Shown in pieces: positions 34,801 through 49,800 of a DNA stretch of 64,000 nt. The DNA comes from Lytechinus pictus (taxonomy: Eukaryota). The position numbers and the translations under genes were made by a program. The first letter of the stretch is position 1. Each line of letters begins with the position of its first letter. Below the pieces are notes generated by a model that saw only the letters and a program-made list of their open reading frames with translations, ran no database searches and was not told where the DNA came from. Where the stretch lies: contig NC_087245.1 in NCBI RefSeq assembly GCF_037042905.1, positions 29,824,001 through 29,888,000 of the forward strand, in the 5' to 3' direction.

Positions 34801-37800
34801 GCAGAGTTCCCCTTAAGAAATAATTAATAAAGAAGAAAAAAAACAAAGAACAAAGACTGAGAAAAAAGTAAGAAATAAAAAATCAAAAGAATTAATTTAC
34901 GCTCAAAAGAAAAAAGAAAGAAGGGGTAAGGGAAGAGGAAAACAGACAAATGATGCTCTGGATACAGTATACCCAGTTGTTGTGTGTCCGGACAGGTTGT
35001 GTGTCCGGACGATCAATTTTAGAAAGTCATTTGGAAAAAATTACAAGCGAAGTTTCATCAAATTTTAGTACAAAATTTTTGAAAATATTATAGAGAACAA
35101 AATAGAAGATGATTACAACTATTGAATTAATATTTTTAGTGTAATCTTAAGACAAAAAAGAAGGCTTCAAAAATATAAAGTGTCCGGACACCCGATCCCC
35201 CATCCTACTAAGTTAGAAATATTATAGATAAGCCCCCCAAAATAGCCATTTGGAGTTTTTGGACTTTTTTATTCTTTAAACATGTTTATCTAGACGAAAC
35301 AAAATTGCCAATCTGTCGAGGCTATCGAGACATGTTTACCAGAATGCATCACGAGTAGTGTTTCATCCATCCGGGTGGATGAACCTCTATGGCTTCGTGA
35401 TATTTTTTTCTTTTTCGATTTGTCACGATCAAACACCATTGAACGAACCAAGAGTAGTGACGGTCACCGGAGGTGGAAAAATCAGTGAGTTTTTAGTCAT
35501 TTTTCATATTATTTTCAGCAATTAGATCATTATTTGTTATATAAATTTATGTCAAGTATCACACTTGATCTAGTTCGATAAGGTCATGATGTTTGGGTGA
35601 GGGAAGGGGAGGAAAATAGTCGATGCTTTTTTTGGCCATGCTAGTGTATACACACGAGAACGAGGTTATATTATAACCTCGTTCGTAGGATGAGTGGAAT
35701 ACGCCTCCCCTGCATGGGATCCCCATTACAAGAAGGATACCCAGAAAATAGAAGCCATTCAGAGAAAGGCAGCTCGTTTCTGTATGGGGAACTACAGACA
35801 AACCAGTAGCGTCACAACCATGTTACGGGCCTTAGAATGGGACTCATTGGAAGACAGACGGAAATACAGTAGACTGAGCCTAATGTTCCAAATAATCAAA
35901 GGTCTTGTTGCCATCAACCCCAAAAACTTCATCCAGCAAAACACCCGGCAGACTAGAGGAAATAGTATCAAGCTCCAGCGTCTACTAGTCAAAAGGGATG
36001 TTCATAGATACAGCTTCTTCCCTCGAACTACCAAAGATTGGAACGAGTTAAACATGGACACAACATTGATAAACTCATTAGACTCTTTCAAATCCAAAGT
36101 CAATCAAAAACCTAGCAAGTGACCTGCTTACTTGGTGATTTCACACACATCAATAAAGTTGGCGGAGTACAGCAAGTCTGCATATGCCGACTTAACCCAA
36201 GACAAGACAAGATGAGAATTGTTATAAGGTGAAATGTATGTTATACTGAGGTGTGTATCACTCACACAACCACCTACGGCCACGGGTACATTACCGTCGC
36301 CGTGCACAGGATAACCACTGGCACGGCACTTGCAATACGTTTATTCGTCTATTTCAAAAATTAGAAATAGATACCTATTAAATGTGAGATAAGCTTTGGA
36401 TATGAAACTTACCAAACGATATGAAGCCAATTTCAATTCCTCTCTGTCTTTCTGGTACTTTATATCGATGATTTTTCTTGATGTCGAAGCAGGCATGGGC
36501 CGATTCGCTGGTTCTCTCTATACGCACAGAGAGGGCGCGCGATATTATTTAATAAACTTGCTCGTTTGCGTCGTTGATGTCAGATCAGCTGTACTGCTGG
36601 TTGCGTTCTAGGCGCTCTGCATTTTTTTCGCTGTTCACCGTTATTTTATGATGTAGCGCCATCAGCGATTATACGTGACATGCAACCTGTTGATTTTTTT
36701 GGTACGATTTCCTATTATGCGCCGGCGACTTGAATCTAGACTGTTCGATAGGAAAAATTCGCATTTCGATTGTTGTTTGCGTAATTTCCACCGCAGTATT
36801 AAGGATCGGACGGAGTAACTGGCTGAGATTTGGAGGTAAGCGTTTAAAATCCATTTTTATAGATACGTTCGTACTGATTTTTAAATTAGATTACATTAGA
36901 AGAATAAGAACAAAAAAGAAGATTAAGAACAAAATAGCCATAAACTTATTGTAAGTGCCGTGCCAGTGGTTATCCTGTAATGTACTCGTGGGTGGTATAA
37001 ACGTAAACTCATAAAAAGATGTTGAATATCTGATATTGTGAAAAATATTAATGTCGAACTCTGAAAAAAGTCTAAAAGAGGAATGAAAAAATATTGAATT
37101 ATGATTATTCAAATATTTTCTTCAACTCAATTTTTTCCAATTCAATTTCATACATTTTCAAAGCAAAGGCTAAGCATTATACAATACATTGTAAGCAATA
37201 GCCTTAGCTACCTTAGCCTTAGCTACCTAAGCCTTAGGCGTAAGATATTTATAAAAATAACAATATATTGGAGGTGACAACTCTGAAAACATGGCTTGTA
37301 ACCATATATACTTGTATACTAATACTAACTTGTATACTAATACTAACCTCGCAATACGTGTGAGTGGGCTTGTAACGAGTACATCGTCTGACCGTAGAAA
37401 CATAAGGTCATCGGGCCTACTTGGGAAGTAATAAAAATCTGAAGCCGTGCGAGCCTAAAAGCAACAAGTGAAATATCACCAATTTTCAGGTCCGCTCTGG
37501 CTTGTTTCCAGTCCAAAGAGACTCTCAGTATATACATCGGTGTGTTCTTTCCAAAGTCCAAAATCACTAGTGTCAGGGGATGAAGATGCCATATTTGACC
37601 TTGGGGTCGCAGGTCAGGAAATCCCTCAGATGCCGGCCTCTTCCGAAGATACATGAAGTCACGCCCCCAGGACAGTTGCTACTAAAAATCCGTACAAACT
37701 GACAAAGGAAAAAGACAACAGCAACGTAACAACAACTTGTACAAGTACTACATCTCAAATGAAACAGTTTGAATTCATCGTCAAGACGTCAACCAATCAT

Positions 37801-40800
37801 CCCTTACTGAAACTTGGCAAATCCTTTTTAATCTAGAGCCTAATGTATGAAGTTTTTTTAGTCTTGTCTTAAAACAAAATTTAAAAGATCTTAAATAATT
37901 GCTTGATTGTTGAAACAACTTTTTTCTGCTGTGCAAATGCCAACTTTGATCAATAAATTTGATATAAAATGTTTTAAGGATATTCCACAGTTATGTTTGT
38001 GAGCATCATGATCTGCGCATATTTTACACTCTGCGCGCTGACTTCACAATGGATGAACAGGTGATTAATCAGCTGTAGGTATGAGCTGATTTATCTCCTT
38101 ATATGCACTGACTGCAGATCCGATGTGTTATTTTATGAAGCTAATAAACTGGAATTATTCCGAAAAACATGGACCATTTTTGTTAAATTCCTCTACAATT
38201 TAAAAAATACTTTACTCCTTAGCGCTGCAAAGCATGACGAATATTACCCCAAGTTTGAATAAAATGGTAGAGTGGTCTGGAACTTTTCCTCACATAGATA
38301 CAAAGCTTTTTGGGCATTTTTGGGTGTTTTAAAAAGCGCATTTGCTCTAATAAAAGTGCTGATAGTTTATGATAGTTTAAAAACAAGCACATGAACCCAT
38401 ATTATAATGTTTGCACCTCTTAGGTATACCTTCCTCTACAACCTTGCAAAGTTTGGTGAAAATTACATTGGTTTGGAATAAAGTGCAGCATTTCTCATTT
38501 TCTTGTACCTCCCAAGTTTGTTATTGAAATTTCACATTATTGAGGTTGAGTGTTATCTTTCGTGCAATTTCTAAGAACTGAGAGTGCTGTTAGACTTGAA
38601 AGAGCAAATAGATTATCCATTTTAACGATACAATTATTGATTATATTGCAAAATTTGATGACATTTTCATGGATTTTGACTTAGTAATAGAGCTTTAAAC
38701 TACTGCTGTTATCTCGTGAAGTCTAAAAATGCCAAATTCTTTTGAATGCGCAATTCTTAAGATCCATTTACGTGAATTTTGAAGCTCTATAGGGCAATTC
38801 CAGAAAATTATCAACCTTTTTGTACGTCCGACCCCCATTTTTCTCAAGTTTTACTTCACTTCATAAACTGACCCAGTCATGGTCCTTTGAGAATATAACA
38901 GACTGTCAAAAGAACAAGAAATCCGAGACAGAAATTTTCATGAAGGTCCCACGTATAGGGGGTCGGACCCGGGGGGGGGGGGGGTCACTCTCCACATGGA
39001 CTGCTACCCACCCGTGTCCGACAACCTCAGAAATGCACCCTAAACGGCGTAATGACATTATATAAATTTGCAACCCTAAACGGCGTAACCCATGAGAAAA
39101 GCCACCCTAAGTGGCGTGAACAGGGAAATCTCCTTATTTGATACCCTAAGTGGCGTAAAACATCAAAATCGATTAATGTGATACCTGTGGACCATGTGGG
39201 TAACGCATGCTGCCTAGTATAGAGCCAGGTGTAAGAGACTAGCTAGAACTGTACAGGGGTAACTCTCATCATGGACCTTATACATGTAGGTCCATGCTCT
39301 CATAAGTGCTGTGGTGGCCGCACCGGCGTGTGGGAGGATTGTTTTGTAAATCGCCTTTCATAGTGTTTAATATAGCTTAGGTCTGCTCCCGGGTCTCCTC
39401 AAATTTGCACCCCTAAATGGCGTAATTTTCATAACCAAATTAGCAACCCTAAACGGCGTGAAGAGAGAAAGAAAAGGCTACCCTTATCGGCGATTTACGA
39501 GCGAATGGTGCTGAAATGCAACCCTTTTTGCCAAAGACGTCGACGCCGCCCGAGTGCCTGAAACGGGACCCTTTTCGACGCTTTTTCCTGACGCGGGTGC
39601 GTAGCAGGCCATGTGGAGAGTGACCCCCCCGGGGGTCGGACGTACATATTTTATGGAATTGCCCTATAGCAAAAAATCAAGCACATGGGACCCATGTTAA
39701 TTTTTTGCATATTTGAAATATTCAGGTGTTAAAGTATCTATGTGCACAGTATGATGAAAATGACATGGATTTTCAATGTTTTGGAGCAAGACTGCGGAAC
39801 CATTTGCATTTTAGATGGTATATTCACTTTTGCTTGTTTTCGGCGCATTGCGAGCCAACTCGCAATACTTTGGACACTGATAATTTGACAAATGAGCACA
39901 TGGACCCCATATTTTAACGTCTTCAGAATAAATTCCTCTACAAATCTAGAGAGTAGGATGAAAATGACATGGATTTTGAGTGTATGGGAGCAGAATTACG
40001 GAACCATTCGCATTTTAGACTGTATTTTTAGAATTTTGCATGTTTTTGGCGCATTTTAGGCGATTTTCAAGCCAACTCACAACACTTTGGACACTGATAG
40101 TTTAAAAACGAGCACATGAACCCCATATTTTTAACTTCCCTACACCTTCGCAATGCATTCCTCTACAATTTTGGTGAATTTGATGAAATGACATGGATTT
40201 TGAATAAAGTGCAGCTTAAACTATACTTTTTTTCTTTTTCGAGTAGATTCACGTCTTTTGAAGATTCGTTCTATTAAAGAAAGGCTTTTTCCTTTTTTAT
40301 AAGATGCCATGCTGCAGATAAAGGAAGGTACAAAGTATAAGGATTCTTGAACAAAAATTTGTATTTAAATATAACCACTGTAGTCTGACATTGATGAGAA
40401 ACTATGAATCCTGCCTTTTTCAAATGTTGGATATAACTTTTTTTTCTCTTTATCTGTATCCTTTTCTATATATTTATACAAAGATTGTGTTGCCAGTGTG
40501 GAACTCCTATTCAGCCCAACCCTGCTAACACGTGTGTGGCTTGTCTTCGGACCCAAGTTGACATCACAGAAGGAATTCCCAAGCAGTCGGCCATCCACTT
40601 CTGCAAAGGTTGTGAGAGGTGAATGCTCTACTTACTCTACACAATTTTAATGGGGTAACCACGTGTGAAATGGGTTGTTTTTGTCAAGTAGAGATGAATG
40701 AAAATTTTGGTATATTTGTAAACTTGCAACCAGGCAATTTTTTTTATTTTTTTCATTTTCAGCAGCTACTTTCCACAAGTAATTGCGTGAATCTGCAACA

Positions 40801-43800
40801 TTTGATAAGCTTTATCATTTCAATAAACAGGTATTTTCCAGGGCTCCTTTATAATTTTCAATGGCTCTGTTAATTATTTTGGGAGTGAAATCTCCCAAGC
40901 CCCCATGTAATTTTCACCCAGATTGCCACAACATGAATACACAATAGTGTCGTATTGTAATTCAATGCTCATCTCATATCAGTTATACATTCTAAGTGTT
41001 GATTATTTTATATGACAAATGTATTCTGAAATATCTGCATTTGTTTGATTGCTATCCATTTCATAGCTTAGCTACTTCAGTATCAAGAATTCATCTTTCC
41101 ATTCATATATACATGTATTTAAGAGAGAAAAATCTAAAATATTCTTGATTTTAATTGCAGAAGTCATTGGTTTCCAACAAATAATGACATGCCACAACAA
41201 GTTTTATATTTACCAAAGAGCTGTTGCCTTTGTTTGCTCAATAAACGAGCTGATATGACCTTCTCTTTCAGGTATCTACAGCCTCCAGCCCAGTGGGTTC
41301 CCTGTGCATTAGAATCAAGAGAGCTACTTAGTCTCTGTCTCAAGAAACTCAAAGGACTTGCCAAGGTAAGGGATGAGGTCTCACTTTCAGCAGATTTCTT
41401 TGTCCTGTTTCATAAAGAATTGTTGTAATGTTATAACAAGTGAACAATTTTTATAACAATTTTACAATCAGCCCGTCAGATTGAATGATTTTAGAAGCTT
41501 GCTACATTTATTGCAAATTTGTTATTAAAGTTTAATCAAACTGTTCTCTTTTTGTATTAATAATCAGTAGACCCATTTCTATCAGCCCCAGTTTTTGTCT
41601 CACCTGCATAGCAGAGTGAGACTATAGGCGCCGCTTTTCCGACGGCGGCGGCGACGGCGGCGGCGGCGGCGACGGCGACGGCGGCGGCGGCGTCAACACC
41701 AAATCTTAACCTGAGGTTAAGTTTTTGAAATGACAGCATAACTTAGAAAGTATATGGACCTAGTTCATGAAACTTGGCCATGAGGTTAATCAAGTATTAC
41801 TGAACATCCTGCCTGAGTTTCATGTCACATGACCAAGGTCAAAGGTCATTTAGGGTCAATGAACTTAGACCATGTTGGGGGAATCAACATCAAAATCTTA
41901 ACCTAAGGTTAAGTTTTTGAAATGTCATCATAACTTAGAAAATATATGGACCTAGTTCATGAAACTTATACATAAGGTTAATCAAGTATCACTGAACATC
42001 CTGCATGAGTTTCACGTCACATGACCAAGGTCAAAGGTCATTTAGGGTCAATGAACTTTGGCCGAAATGGGGGTATCTGTTGAATTACCATCATAACTTT
42101 GAACGTTTATGGATCTGCTTCATGAAACTTGGACATAATAGTAATCAAGTATTACTGAACATCCTGTGCAAGTTTCAGGTCACATGATCAAGGTCAAAGG
42201 TCATTTAGGGTCAATGAACTTTGGCCAAATTGGGGTATTTGTTGAATTACAGCCATAAATTTGAAAGTGTGTTGGTCTAGTTCATAAAACTTGGACATAA
42301 TAGTAATCAAGTATCACTGAACATCCTGTGCGAGTTTCAGGTCACATGATCAAGGTCAAAGGTCATGTAAGGTCAAAGAACTTTGGCCACGTGGGGGGGT
42401 ATTTGTTGAATTGCCATCATATCTCTATAAGTGTATTGGTCTAGTTCATAAAACGTGGAAATAAGAGTAACCAAGTATCACTGAACATCTTGTGCGAGTT
42501 ATAGTAGTTTTCAAAATCAGCACTGCTGCTATATTGAATCGCGTGATGCAGGTGAGACGGCCAGAGGCATTCCACTTGTTCAAATTAATCATCATTTCTA
42601 TTCTGATAAGCCAAATTATCTTGTCGAGGTAGCAGGGGCACATTGGCATTGACATTTCTCAATAATAGTCAGTTCTTGTATAGCGCATAACACATTATGA
42701 ATAACATCTCTATGCGCTTCCAAAGGACTTGGATATTATTACCCCGGCTGTAGCTCAAGCAGCTTTTACGCGCTGGGCATTTCAAAGAATAAATTCCTGC
42801 CAGGTACACATTCACCTCTCCTGGGTTGAGTGCAGCACGATGTGGATTAATTTCTTGCTGAAGGAAGCTATGCCATGGCTTGTGATAAATCCGTAACAGA
42901 GAGGCTCGTGCTGTGTTGTTTCAGGACTGTTTTCTTTCAAGTCTTATACAACTTGTAGACCAATTTTGTACTTGTGATCAGAATCCCACAAAGACTAGAG
43001 TCTCCAAACAAAACTTAAGCAGTTCAAGGACGTTAGTGCCAAGTTTTAAATTCATACGTAAATTAGCGTGACTAATTCATGTACACTTATGCATGTAATA
43101 ACCGGATACTGCCAAGACTTAAAATACCGGGGAACTATGAGGATAAATCCTTATTCATTTGTATTCTAATGTATGAATTTGTTGAAAAAATATGTTTAAA
43201 AAGGATTGTGTACATTATTTCTCCTTATGATCTTTGTGATCGATATTCATAGTAAGTTGAATGATTCTTCTTATTTGTGTGTGGGTACTTAGGTGAGACT
43301 GATAGACGCAGGCTTTGTGTGGACCGAGCCCCATTCCAAAAGGTTAAAGGTCAAATTGACCATACAGAAAGAGGTCCAGAGCGGGGCTATCCTGCAGCAG
43401 GTTTTCATCGTTGAGTATGTCGTCCAGGGTCAGATGTGTAATGATTGCCATCGGGTGGAAGCTAAGGATTTCTGGAGAGCCGTTGTTCAGGTCCGACAGA
43501 AGGTAAGATTTTATCACATTTGAATATATGCCAGATTAATGCTACAGCTACATTTTGGATTTTAGGTTTGCATATCATTGCATTCTTCTTAAACATTAAT
43601 TTCAAAGTTAGATTTTAATTACATGTTTATAATTATGAATATATTAGTTTATTCCATATATGCATCAGCCAATTTACAGAAACTCCACAGAATTTTCAAA
43701 TCTTGGAGATTGTAAAATTATGTAATATTTAATTACTTTTTATATGCGCGTCTAGATGGGACGTATTATGGTATCACGCTCGGTGTCCGTCCGTTAACTT

Positions 43801-46800
43801 TTCCTTGTTAACGCGATAACTTCAGTTTGACTTAACCCAAGCTCATATAATTTAATGTGTATGATACTAACATGGATCCCAGGAAGCCTATTGATTTTTA
43901 GGTCAAAAGGTCAAAGGTCAAGGTCACAGTTACCTATTTTCATCTTACCTTTCTGCAGTCCTTGTAAACGCGATTACTTCAGTTGAACTTATCCTAGGCT
44001 CATACAATTTGGTGTGTATGATACTAGCATGGATCCCAGCAATTCTATTGATTTTGAGGTCAGAAGGTCAAAGGTGAAGTCGCCTCCTTCCACTTTTCTT
44101 GTTTGACCAATAACTCCATTTGACGCGTTACAGGCGGGCGTATTATGTGCTCGCCTTAGCGACACTCTTGTTGTTATTATTTACTGTACTCTGCAGACTA
44201 CATGTATTTATAATCTTGCAAGGTACAATCCTAATTTCTGTTGTCTTCATCTCAAATCTTTTTTACAGACGAACCACAAGAAGACGTTTTTCTACCTGGA
44301 GCAGTTGATCCTGAAGCACAATCTCCATGTGAACTGTCTGAACGTCAAGCAGCATGACGAAGGCATTGATTTCTACTACGCCTCCAAGGATCAGTCCAAT
44401 GGAGCCAGGAAGATGGTGGACTTTCTTATCTCAGTCGTCCCCTGCAAGTCAGTTTTAGATATGAATACTAAACTCTTGTTGTATCAATTGAGTATATGAA
44501 AATGTTTCATCAACATTTTTGTTCTACTGGTTGTTGGACCTGGCAAATTTAGTTGAGTTTGTTCGGCTGAGTAGCACTGTTAACCAGGTAACTGGCTCAA
44601 TAAACGGACTTGTCGGTTAAATGTCTGACAAGTCCTTTCGTGAAACGCTCCCCAGGCCAACCCAATTCCATCTCTTTGCCGAATTGGGTTAAACATAGGA
44701 TATTGTTACTCATTCCTGAGCCCATCTTGTGTGTAATTCATATCCCAGAATTTCACCCCAAAGTGCCCAAAATGGATGAAAAACAGACCGAAATCCTCAT
44801 TGGACCTACAGTACAACAAAAAACCATTATGGCTTTCTTGCTATACTCAAGATTAATTACTGTTTCATGGACTTGGGCCATTCTTTATACTCGATTGCAG
44901 GGTGGTTTTACATGTAGGCATCTGTGTATACATTCTTGAGTTGATGTTACTGTATAGTTGTGTGGAATTAAGGACTTGAAGTGATCCAAGGCCATAGGAC
45001 ACATATTGACTGGCCTTAATGCCCCTCTCACCGACCTCAGATAATTTTTAGGCCCTATTTTGTTTTTCCCATATGCGTGGTAGTATGAAAATGTGTCGTA
45101 TATAGATAAGTTTGCCTTGCTATCAAAATATCAAAACTTATGGTTTGAGAAATGTTTTTGTAGACTGATCAGAGTTCCAATTTTACAGCTTTTTTTTACC
45201 TTGCTGTAATGTTACAAAAAGGTCATTTCATCTGCATTCTAAAGCCTTTTCACCATATATTTTGCTTTTATCCATGACATGAGTTGATTTGAAATTGATG
45301 ACGATTATTAAAAAGTAGGATCCAATTAATGCAGATTTAATCAATTTGTAGGGGGATCCTTAATTGTCAGCCTTGCCAAACCTCTTTCTTGCTGCTCTTT
45401 GCTTTATTCATATTGTTTTTGTAAATGTCTTTAGGAGGTCCATTTCCAAGTAATAACATTACAATGACCCTCATGTGCTTATCTGTGTTTGTGATCTCTC
45501 TCTTTTTTTCATTTTTCAGCTTGGATGTCATGATTTTACAAAGTTTAATAGGTCTATGTATTAAATAAACCAGATCTAGATCTGCCACAATATGTTGATT
45601 TGAAAGACTTTCTCATGAAATCATCGTTTGCTGCAACTGCATTCTTGTAGCTTTAATTATCATATGTTCTTTTTTGCAGGTACAAGTTATCCCAACAGCT
45701 GATCTCACATGACATCCATAATAACACCTACAACTACAAATACACATTCTCTGTTGAGATAGTTCCTATTTGTAAGGTGAGACCATTTCTTGTATTTTGA
45801 AAAAAAAATTCCTACCAGGTTTTTATCATTTGTTTCTGTTTCCGTTTCTGTTTATGGTAACTCCCGTAGGAACTCGGCAGGACAGCATGTTTGCTGGTAA
45901 ACGCCAAGCTGGTATATAACCAATTACCTAGGAAACATTTTACGTCTAGGTTAATCAGTCCTAGTGGCTGACGTTATAGACGACAGATATCACTCTCAGG
46001 CCTTTTTATCAAAGTGGAGACAATGGCAGAGTTGGGATTTGAACTCACAACCTTGCGATTATGAGTCCAATGCTCTAACCACTGGACCACACGACCCGAT
46101 GTGTGCATTGTTTTTTGTTTTTTTATATTCCCCATGAACAAAGAAGTTGACTTTCTGTGAATTCTTTCCTGTGCCATGTTTCACAAACTTTATACCTCTC
46201 AGTGGCAATATCAATTAAATCAATCAGCTTTCGGAAATGATCTCCAAATATGTTGATGACTCTCCTTCATGCATCCCAATGATTTATAATAAGTAATTGA
46301 CATTGTTTGTTTTTTAGGACAATGTTGTATGTCTGCCTAAGAAACTGGCTGCCTCTCTGGGAAACATTGGACAGATCTGCGTGTGTAACAGAGTGTGTAG
46401 CACAGTCCAGTTGATTGATCCTAATACACTGCAAAGTAAGCACAAGATCTTATTAATGTACTTTGGTAAAATACTTTTTCAATCATGATTAATATCTTTA
46501 TGCCCTGATATATCCAGGGGTTAAATTAATCCAAGACCATAATGGCTATGGCCTCATATTGAAAGGTCAAATGCTCCTCTTATTTGCCTGTGATATGATT
46601 TGTGGCCTTTTTAATTTTTTTTTATACTTAATTTTAGAAAGCATTTTCTTAATTGAAGAGATGTGTTTTAATTTAGATTTTAAGACAGTTATTGATTGTT
46701 TTTTTTAAACCAATTTGCAGGCTATTCCATAGATTTGGGGCAGCAAGGGCCAATGCCCAATCGCCAACTGCTACTTTTGTTGAGCTAAACGGGATCTAGA

Positions 46801-49800
46801 ACAGTAATTTATTTGTGGAAGTGTGCATGCTTCGACTGTGTGATGATGAAAATTGTTACATTACATGGTATTATTCCTTTTTATAGTTGTGGAGCTGAAT
46901 GCTACAACGTTTTGGCGTAATCCCTTCAGCACGTTGTGTGACCCTCATCAGCTGACAGAGTATATGGTCCTGCAGGTGGAGAGGATAGCTGAAGGAGACA
47001 TTAAACATGTCAAAGGAGGGGGAGCGAAGTCAAAGAAGGTAAATGATGATGGTGTTTGTAGTAGTGGTGGTGGTGGTGGTTGTGGTGGTGATAGTGGTGG
47101 TGGTGGTGGTGGTGGTTGTGATGGTGGTGTCGATGAGAGATTAAGCATTTTCACAGGAGGAAGAGCAAATTCAAAGATTGTAAAAGAAGGTGTTTGTGGT
47201 AGTGGTGGTGGTGGTGTGGTAGTAGTTGTGGTAATGATGGTGGTGGTGATGGTAGTAGTGATTGTGGTGGTTGTGATGATGGTGTTGGTAGTAGTGAATT
47301 TGATGGTGGTAGTGTTGATGGGGTGGCGGTGGTTATGGTGATGATGGTGGCGATGGTGGTGGCGACCCTGATGATGGTGGAGTGGTGATTATGTGTGCGA
47401 GGGGGGGAAGTGATGCTTGTAATGGTGGAAGTGGGAATGGTGGTGGTGATGACAATCATAATGGTAACGGGTGTTATTTTGAGAATGTTGGTTGCATTGA
47501 TAATAGTGGCTGTGGTGGTGGTTGTCATTATAGTAGTGATGGGGATGGTAAGAACAGTAATTATAATGGTGATGATTGTGATGATTATTGTAGCTAGGGG
47601 TGGTGACAGCGAATGTTGTGAGGGTTATGGTAGTGGTGGTGATGACATTGGCAACTTTGTAGTGAATGTGGCAATAATAGTTGTTTGTGATTATTGTTGT
47701 GATGTGATTATTACAATGATTAGTATTGTTATTAGGGGGTGGAGAGAGAGGACAAGGAGGATAGCTATCCATATGTTGGTGAATAGTGATCATAAAGATA
47801 ATGATTAAGCTTATTGTAAATTTGTACTTATTCAAGAGTTTTTCTGTAAATGATCAATGCCCCCTCCCACATCACAAAAAAAATCTTCAATAGAATTATG
47901 AAATCGGGGAAATCATCTTTAACTACTTGATTTTTCAAAACACACGTCCTTGATATAATCTAAGTAATATGACTGTCTTCATCATCGCCTTTGTTTAACA
48001 ATATTATCCCTCCATTTGTGCATCTCTTAGCATCTGTTGGCCGATGTCTGGTTGATGAGGACGCAGGACATGGGTGTGGTCGACACACAGTATCACTGCC
48101 GGACTCACCTAGGGCACCTTCTCTCTGCAGGAGACACTGTCAAAGGTCTTGATCTGGTCAATTCAAACGTCAACAACAAACATCTGGAACAGGTAGCAGC
48201 ATTGTCCATTCCTTGATATGATGATTGTAGTAGCAATCAGCGATTTTGCAGAGTAGTAATTTGTTGTGCAAGGTTTAAACAATGAATTACATGTAAGAGA
48301 ATGCATTTCAGAAAACAACTCTACTTGTAAATAAACTATTTTATTTAGATGTATTGTAGAAAACGATGGGAAGGAACTTAACCACTAAGAACATACCTGT
48401 ACTGTTACTTCTAGTAGATTAAAATTAATTTCTTAGATTATTTTACTTGAAATGATATTCATATTTATTCCGGGAACCAATGATTCATCTGAAACTGTTT
48501 GGGATGTGCCTGGAGAAATGTCTTGGAATAAACCTCACTATGGTTTCAAGGAAGCTCCAGGTCAGCTTCTCTGCTGATTGATATAGTTGCTAATCATCCA
48601 TTCTTGACCTGTTGATGTCGGGTACTGTTCTTTGTATCAATATTGTCGACGATTGCTATGAAGCTATTCTGCATTTACTTGCAAACAGTTCTGGGAACAA
48701 ATCTCTCAAAGGTATTTAGGCTGCTCCAGTTCAGCTTCACTACTACTTGATATAGTTGTCGGTCACAAGTCAATATTTTCAATCCCCGACCCATTAGTGA
48801 TGTCAGGTACTGTTCTTTTATCAATGTTGTCTCAGCTGTGTCAGGTTTAGCTGGAGCATTGTCCAAAATGATGTGTATACTGCTCCTGTCTTAGCCTTTA
48901 GTTGCTTTCCACTGCCACATTTATGCTTAGTCGGTTATTGAAACTTCAATCTTTTGATAGTTCCTGCGATCTGTAACTGATTGAAGTAGGGATATTGCTT
49001 GCTTGACCTTTCTTCTGATCTTTGATACTTCCATACTGGTTAGAAATCACTCCTCTTTATGCCAACCCTGGTCCCATCTCATTATTTTTTGTTCATTTAT
49101 GGCTGAGCTGCATTTAGACTTTTCCAGCAACATAGTTTGCTGCTTTTGTCAGGTCCAACTTCTTCCAAGCGATAGAGTATGTGTGTCCTTTGTTCCTTGG
49201 GTTGTTACCATGGCAACATTATGCATTTGATTTCTCACCATTTTGGAAGAGATTGGGCATCAAAATTGTTGAGAACCACATATACTGTACTTGCCTGTTT
49301 CTGCTATCAAAGCCTGCTAATTCTCATTTTTCCCCTTTGCCATTGCCAAGTCCTGCAGTAGAGAACCTTTAGACAAAAGATGCAAAGCTGTGGTCCTTTA
49401 ATAATGCTCCGTTTGTTACTCAGAACTGTACTTGATTAAAAAACGTGATATTATATTTCTTCCTCTTCAACATGAAAATTATTACGATAAGAATGTAAAA
49501 TTGTACATGGATGCCCTTTCCATGAATATACAATAAAAGTTTTGAATTTGAATTGCAGATTTATACCATAGCAAATTAAATATTTAGTGGCCATTTAACA
49601 CTGAATATATCCCCAAACAAGGCAAGATTCCCTTTGTTTATGGGGCGCAGCCTGGACCTTTACACATCGTCTTCCACTCAGAAGTCGAACTTTCATGAGA
49701 ATTATTGTTTCTAATCTTTCAGATGAAAGCAGAGAATGTTCCGGATGTCGTGTTGGTCAAGAAGCACTTTGGTGACCGAAGTCGTCGACATCGCAAGCGC

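Noticed and set aside
46025..46097. tRNA-Met(CAT) gene on the - strand
   Set aside because: The acceptor stem does not pair well and the sequence continues into a SINE body and tail, so it is a SINE head.
47040..47835. Gly/Val/Thr/His-rich ORFs (also 49916-50500, 53456-53830)
   Set aside because: Trinucleotide microsatellite artefacts.
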